Assembly: GCF_001194135.2 (NCBI RefSeq)
Contig: NC_068985.1
Location: forward strand, 24,874,317 to 24,929,606
Length of the DNA stretch: 55,290 bases
Source of the DNA: Octopus bimaculoides
Lineage: Eukaryota
Direction of reading: 5' to 3'
Positions 49,700 through 55,290 of this stretch are shown here, piece by piece. Below the pieces are notes generated by a model. That model searched no databases. It was not told the DNA's origin and saw only the letters and a list, made by a program, of their open reading frames with translations. Position numbers and translations under genes: made by a program. The number at the start of each line of letters is the position of its first letter. The stretch's first letter is position 1.

Positions 49700-50085
49700 T
49701 TCATATCTGTCTTTACTTTGTAGTTAGGCCTTTCTAAATAATTCTTGCTGATTAAAGTAAATGAGTTTTTTTAAACGACACCTTCTAACAGATTAATATT
49801 AAATTTTCTAAAGTTTACATTTAAATTCTTTATCACAGTTCCCAAAGCCCTAATGATAAGCAGCAAGATCATGACCTTGTCAAGATTTTTATCGCAGCAT
49901 TTGATATCATTCTTCAAGTTGCTATGATATTCTGCTCTTTCTTTTCCCTTTTTCTAGACTCTGGCATCAAATGGATAGGCCAAATCAATTATGAGACATA
50001 CTTGTTTCTTATCAAAACAACACTGAGCTTGTTATGCCATTTTGTTATGCATGGGAAAGTCACATAACAAACTTCATTGTTTTCA
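49700..50085 (-). mobile_element. R4/Dong-like LINE restriction-like endonuclease relic
   Basis: Minus-strand peptide DKKQVCLIIDLAYPFDARV...LKNDIK...IIRALGTVIKNL resembles the PD-(D/E)xK RLE region of R4-clade elements. Confidence 0.6.
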
Positions 50086-50566
50086 AGGACTTTCAATCCT
50101 GTTCCCACAAAACAGTCATTATTATTATTAATCCTGAAGGCAGTGAGTTGGCAGAACCACAAGAGAGTTGGAATAAATGATTTGCTGTAGAAACTCCTGC
50201 TCTTTTTACTCTGAGTTCAGATCTCACTGAGGCCGACATTGCTTTTCATCCCTACAGGAAGTACCAATCATTCACTGAAGTTGATGGTATCAACTAAGCC
50301 CTTCCTGTCAAATTTGCTGCCCTCATGCCAACACAAGAAAATATTAAAAAGGAAGCAAGCTAACAGAATTGTTAGAGTGTCAGAAAATATGCCACGTGGA
50401 ATTTTTTCCAACATTACATTCTTAGTTCAATTCCCACCAATGTCAACTTTGCCTTTTGTCCTTTCTGGGTTGATAAAATAGAGTACCAGCTAAGTACTGG
50501 AGTCAATGGTACCAACTAAGCCCATTCCCATTTAAAATTGATGGCCTTATGCCTAAGTCAAAAACC

Positions 50567-51000
50567 ATTATTATTATTCTTCTGATTTGGTTCAGGTTCA
50601 GTCTTATTCCTGGTAGGATTTATGCAACCTTAAGTATCCACAAGTTTTCAGCAGTCTTTCAAGTGCTTAGAACCCTCCTGATAATCATTGCTGTCCCTAA
50701 GAAACAAACTTTTTGTAGGTGCTCTACCAGGTATTACTACTACTACTACTGATTTAACTTGGGTTTAGTCTTATTCTTGACAGGAATTATGTGGGTAGCA
50801 AGTTACTAACTGTAACCTTAGATATCCGCTAGCTTTCAATAGTCTTTCAAGTGCTTAGAACCCCCCCCCCCNNNNNNNNNNTCTTTCAAGTGCTTAGAAC
50901 CCCCCCCCCTGATAGTTTTTGTTGTCCCTAAGCAACAAACTTTTTGTTGAAGCTCTATCGGACATTCTATTCCAATCTCCTTCAACCATATTTCAAATTT
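50567..51000 (-). mobile_element. Two head-to-tail R4/Dong-like 3' ends bounded by (AAT)n/(TAG)n
   Basis: VEHLQKVCFLGTAMIIRRVLST* and EIWLKEIGIECPIELQQKVCCLGTTKTIR match the LQK..LLGTA.I.R.VL terminus; shared 3' UTR. Confidence 0.7.
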
Positions 51001-51715
51001 ATTATTATTATTATTATTATATAGGTGACAAACTGGCAGAATTGTTACTGTGCCAAGAGAAATGCTTAGCAGCATTCCTTCTAACTTTACATTCTGAGTT
51101 CAAATACTGCTGGGGCCAACTTTACCTTTCGTCCTTTCAGGGGTGGATAAAGTACCTGTTGAACACTGGGGTCGATAAAATCAACTTACCCACTACTCCT
51201 AAATTGCTGACTTTGTACCAAAATTTGAAACCATTACAATTATTATTATGTATTTGGTGACCCTGTCAGTGCAGGTGCCACTTAAAAGAACCTATTCCAT
51301 GCAGTAAAGTGGTTGGTGCTCAGAAGGGCATCCAGCTGTAAAAACCTTGCCAAAACTAACCTCGCCTGTCTTGTGCCACATAAAAAGCAGTAAGTCCACT
51401 CTGCTGAGTAATTGGTGTTAGGAAGGGCATCTAGCTTAAAAATCTTGCCAAAACAGTCACAGAAGTCTGGTGCAGGCTTCAGCCTGGCCAGCTCTTGTGG
51501 AACCGTCCCACCCATGCTAGCATGGAAAGCAGACGTTAAATGATGATGATGATTATTATTATTAAGGCAGTGAACTGGCAGAATCCTTAGCATGCCAGGC
51601 AACAGTGATACACAAATCACCAGCCACTAAAGGACATGCTCAACTGGTTTAAAGTCAAGCAGCTGACAAGCAAATCTGTGGTATTGAGCAGAATATTTGC
51701 TTATTACTATTATTA

Positions 51716-52082
51716 TTACCTGCACCTTAGCGAAGGTGGAGGTATTGTTTTCAGTTGTGTTTATTTGTTTGTCTGTGGACAAGATATCTCAAGAACTGCT
51801 GGATGGATTCAGATGAAACTTTCAGGGATGTTTGGCCTTGTGACTGGCACAAACTAATTAGATTTTGGGATCGATCTAATACCAGACAAAGATTCTGGAT
51901 TATTTTTCGGGTTTTTTTACTTAATCTTTGAGAGCGGTTGGGTCCATTTTTAGTATTCTCACTTGTGAGAGCAGTCAAGTTTATTTCAGATATTCTCATT
52001 TTAAAAATCATCTCTGGCTAATTGTTGAGAGGACGTTGATGTTGCTTTGGTGGAGGTTTGCATTCACAGAGTGCTCTTGCTT
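51716..52082 (+). mobile_element. Non-autonomous Helentron/Helitron2-type element (HINE/DINE-1-like)
   Basis: 5' hairpin ACCT-G-CACCTT-AGCG-AAGGTG-G-AGGT, subterminal repeat TTTGGTGGAGGT near the 3' end, 3' hairpin GCATTC-ACA-GAGTGC, T-rich insertion site. Confidence 0.65.
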
Positions 52083-53189
52083 TTATTTTTACCAGAATCA
52101 TTAGCACATCAGACGAAATGCTTAGTGTCATTTCTTTTAACTCATTATGTTCTGAGTTCAAATTATGCCATGGTCAACTTTACTTTTCATCCTTCCAGGG
52201 TTGATAAAATAAGTACCAATTGAGTACTGGAGTTAATGCAATTGATTAGCACCCTCCTCCAAAAATTTGAGACCTTGTGCCTGTAATATTATTATATTAT
52301 TATTATTTGTAGCAGATCTTCTGAATCTATACAGTATCAGACAAAGCGACGTGTTATTTTTACAGCCTATCCTAAGTTCAACTCTTATAAAGCCTACTCC
52401 TAACATTTCCAGCCTCAAATTTACTTAAGAAATTAGGGCAGATTAACAGAATAATTAGAGGAGTCAAAATACCTTGTGCCATTTTTCTGGCTCTTTACTC
52501 TCTAAGTTCAAACTCCACCAAGACCAACTTTATCTTTCACCCTTTTATGCTCAATAGAATAAAATACTAGTCGAGTACTAGGGCCACTATTATCACCTAT
52601 ACACTGCCACTCAACTTTCAGGTTTTGTGCCTATGTAATAAATTATCAGTGATATTAATGTTGTCATTAAAGCACATGGCTCAGTGGTTAGAGCATCTGG
52701 CTAACAATAATGAGGTAGTGAGTTTGGTTCCCAAACCGGTAGTGTGTTGTATTTTTGAGCAAGACACTATATTTCCTGTTGCTCCAGTTCACTCAGCTTT
52801 AGAAATGAGTTGTGTCATCACTAATATGGACACACTAATATGGACCACCTCTTCCCACAGGTAAAAAAAAAAAAGGAACTTCTACCTAGAAATAAGTAAA
52901 TTCACAGGAGCATTGATGACAATTCAACACAAACAAGACCTGAGAGAGGAAAGTTTTTTCATATGAACATCATCGTTGTTTAACATCCATTTTCCATGCT
53001 GGCATGATGAGCTGGATGGATTGACACAGAGCTGACCAGCTGGGGAGCCGTCCAGACTCCAATTGTCTGTTGTGGCATGTTTTCTATGGCTGGATGCCTT
53101 TCCTAATGTCAACCACTTTACAGAGTGTGCTGGGTGCTTTTTACGTGCCACCAGCATGGGTGCGTTAATGCAGCACATAAGACATGAAA

Positions 53190-53390
53190 CATATGATCTG
53201 AAATCCACAAAGGAGGCAGAATAGAGGATGCCCTCAAAATAATTGGAGGCAAGATACAAGGCAGAGCTGAAAAAGCAGGGATCCAACTAGAGAGAAACAT
53301 AAAAGACAGCTCAAAATGAAGAACAATAAAGGTTGTCAATGGATTATGCTTCATAAGGAGCTATGGTCTTACATAAAGAAGACTAAATAA
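53190..53390 (+). mobile_element. Decayed RTE 3' end (SR2/Perere-like)
   Basis: NPQRRQNRGCPQNNWR resembles WNPQG.R.RGRP.NTWRR. Confidence 0.5.
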
Positions 53391-55051
53391 CTAGTTTGGG
53401 AGGAAGTTTCTTAATTATAAGTTGAGAGGCAGTACCCATGGCTTTTTCGCAAGGCCTCCACAACTGGTGGGAAAAAAGAGAGGAAGAAACTATGGCTAAT
53501 GAGTTATCCTTACATCAGCAACTTGATTTAAAGGCTTGCAGTAGTGTAAATCCACTAAAGGTATCCAAGAACCAAATGTTGTGAATGTTCTTTTTTATGT
53601 TCTAAGCTGAATGTAAAGCCTTATTTTAACCTTCAACAACCCAGAGTGCTTAAAACAAGTACCAGCCAAATACTGGAATCAATCTGAATGCCTGTGCTCT
53701 TCCACCAAAATGTGTGACATGTCATATCACCAAAGACTAGATCTTAGATGCCCCATTGTTCTACAATCATGGCAGCTGAGAATTTACAACAGACTTTAAT
53801 TAATTTAGACCACATAGGGTGAACAACAAACTTTATTTTTGTTGGCGTATATAGAAGACAATATTACAAGTGAGGTGTGTCAACAGCAAGAAGAAATATC
53901 AAGATATCATATCTAGGACAACATTGAAGAATTTATGAAACTAAGAGCAGCTTCTCTTAAACGTTTAGCAAAATTGAGATGCTACACACTTATGATGGAA
54001 GAGACCAGTAAAGCTCAGAGATTTCAAAACATAAATACAACAGCAGATGGAATGCATAAGTATGAGGATAAAACGATGATGATGATAGTGGTACTGGATT
54101 TTTAAATCAGTCTCAAATCACAACCAACCATCTTTTAATAAAAAAAAAAGACATACTGGATAATGTATTAATTTAAACTATGAATGAAAACATTGAAGAT
54201 TAAGGCTACAACATCTCAGCTTAGGTTTGTTGGCTTGATTAAAATCAACTTGAAGCTAAATTAAGGCAGTCATAAGACAATAATGGGGAAATGAGGGGAC
54301 CACAAACCAATGAGAGAGTGCTATGAACTGACAAGGGAGCCTTGAGATGAGGAGGATTCAACATGGTCACTTAACTTACTAAAAAGTGCAACCAAATCTC
54401 TTAAATAACAACCTATAATATTTGAAAAGGAATGACATATTCAATAATGAAGTCCTGGAAATATAAAAAGACAGCATAATCATGAGAGGAACACCTTTGA
54501 TTGTAAGTGTTTGATTTAGAGCTAGCTAAGCAGCAACACTGTGCTGGGGTGTACATCTGAGACATGTGCTGAAGACAGTCAATTCTTGTGGCTACAACTA
54601 GAGAGATATAGAAAGTAAGGGAGAAAGATCACAGTATTTTTTTCTCTTTATACGTGTGCTAGTATGTACACACTAATGTGAGTGTTCACATACATGCATT
54701 GTTATATGCACAGATTCAAGAGTCATCTTGACTGCATGTGTCTGTGAAATACATGCTTGTGCAAGTTAAGCTGTAAGAAGGTGAGTAAATATAGGATCAG
54801 TTAATGAAAATAACAGGGTTTATTACTATACACTTCAATAAAGCAGTGAGCTGGCAGAATCATTAGCATGATGGACAAAATGCTTAGAGGTATTTCGTCT
54901 GCCGCTACATTCTGAGTTCAAACTGCGCCATGGTCAACTTTGCCTTTCATCCTTTCAGGGTAAATAAATTAAGTACCAGTTGCAAACTGGGTCAATCTAA
55001 TCGACTGGCTCCCTCCCCAAAATTTCAGGCCCTGTGCCAATAGTAGATAGG

Positions 55052-55290
55052 ATTAATATTAACTTCAATACTGTGTTTAATATTAACTTCAATACCGAGT
55101 TTATTAATATTAACTTCAATACCGAGTTTATTAATATTAACTTCAATACCGTGTTTATTAATATTAACTTCAATACCGTGTTTATTAATATTAACTTCAA
55201 TACCGAGTTTATTAATATTAACTTCAATACCGAGTTTATTAATATTAACTTCAATACCGAGTTTATTAATATTAACTTCAATACCGAGTT
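55052..55290. repeat. 27-bp minisatellite, 9 units, running off the window end
   Basis: ATTAATATTAACTTCAATACCGAGTTT with CCGTGT variants and one 24-bp unit. Confidence 0.95.

Larger units (their letters stand above)
811..50881. other. Assembly gaps (N-runs): 811-1367, 1954-2053, 2967-2976, 6899-7211, 9782-9832, 12188-12250, 21920-22240, 24241-24808, 25500-25509, 27034-27535, 32536-32545, 37425-38093, 40773-41203, 46833-46842, 50872-50881
   Basis: Runs of n in the sequence, mostly abutting microsatellites or young repeats. Confidence 0.98.

Noticed and set aside
50840-50912. Direct duplication around a 10-N gap
   Set aside because: Identical overlap on both sides of a short gap next to poly-C is a typical scaffolding artefact.
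54997-55281. KLILINSVL-repeat protein or CRISPR-like array
   Set aside because: A spacer-less 27-bp tandem repeat read in frame; eukaryotic context, no cas genes.

Overview
AT-rich eukaryotic genomic DNA from a gapped short-read assembly (15 N-runs), almost entirely a mosaic of retroposons, MITEs and microsatellites. The repeat repertoire (tRNA/CORE-type SINEs, RTE LINEs with (GAT)n tails, dense (TA)n/(CA)n tracts) looks like an octopod cephalopod genome; this is an inference, not a database result. I cannot identify an intact host protein-coding gene, rRNA, true tRNA or CRISPR array. The ORF track is explained by N-gaps, microsatellites and decayed RTE, R4-like, mariner and pogo/Tigger coding relics. 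The most interesting signals are RNA-structural. First, there are four hammerhead-ribozyme-fold motifs in four unrelated repeat contexts, each with 1-2 core substitutions; the one at 30988-31037 is complete apart from G12A. Second, there is a 225-bp near-perfect hairpin at 14290-14514. Third, several closely spaced inverted SINE pairs would form long dsRNA if transcribed.
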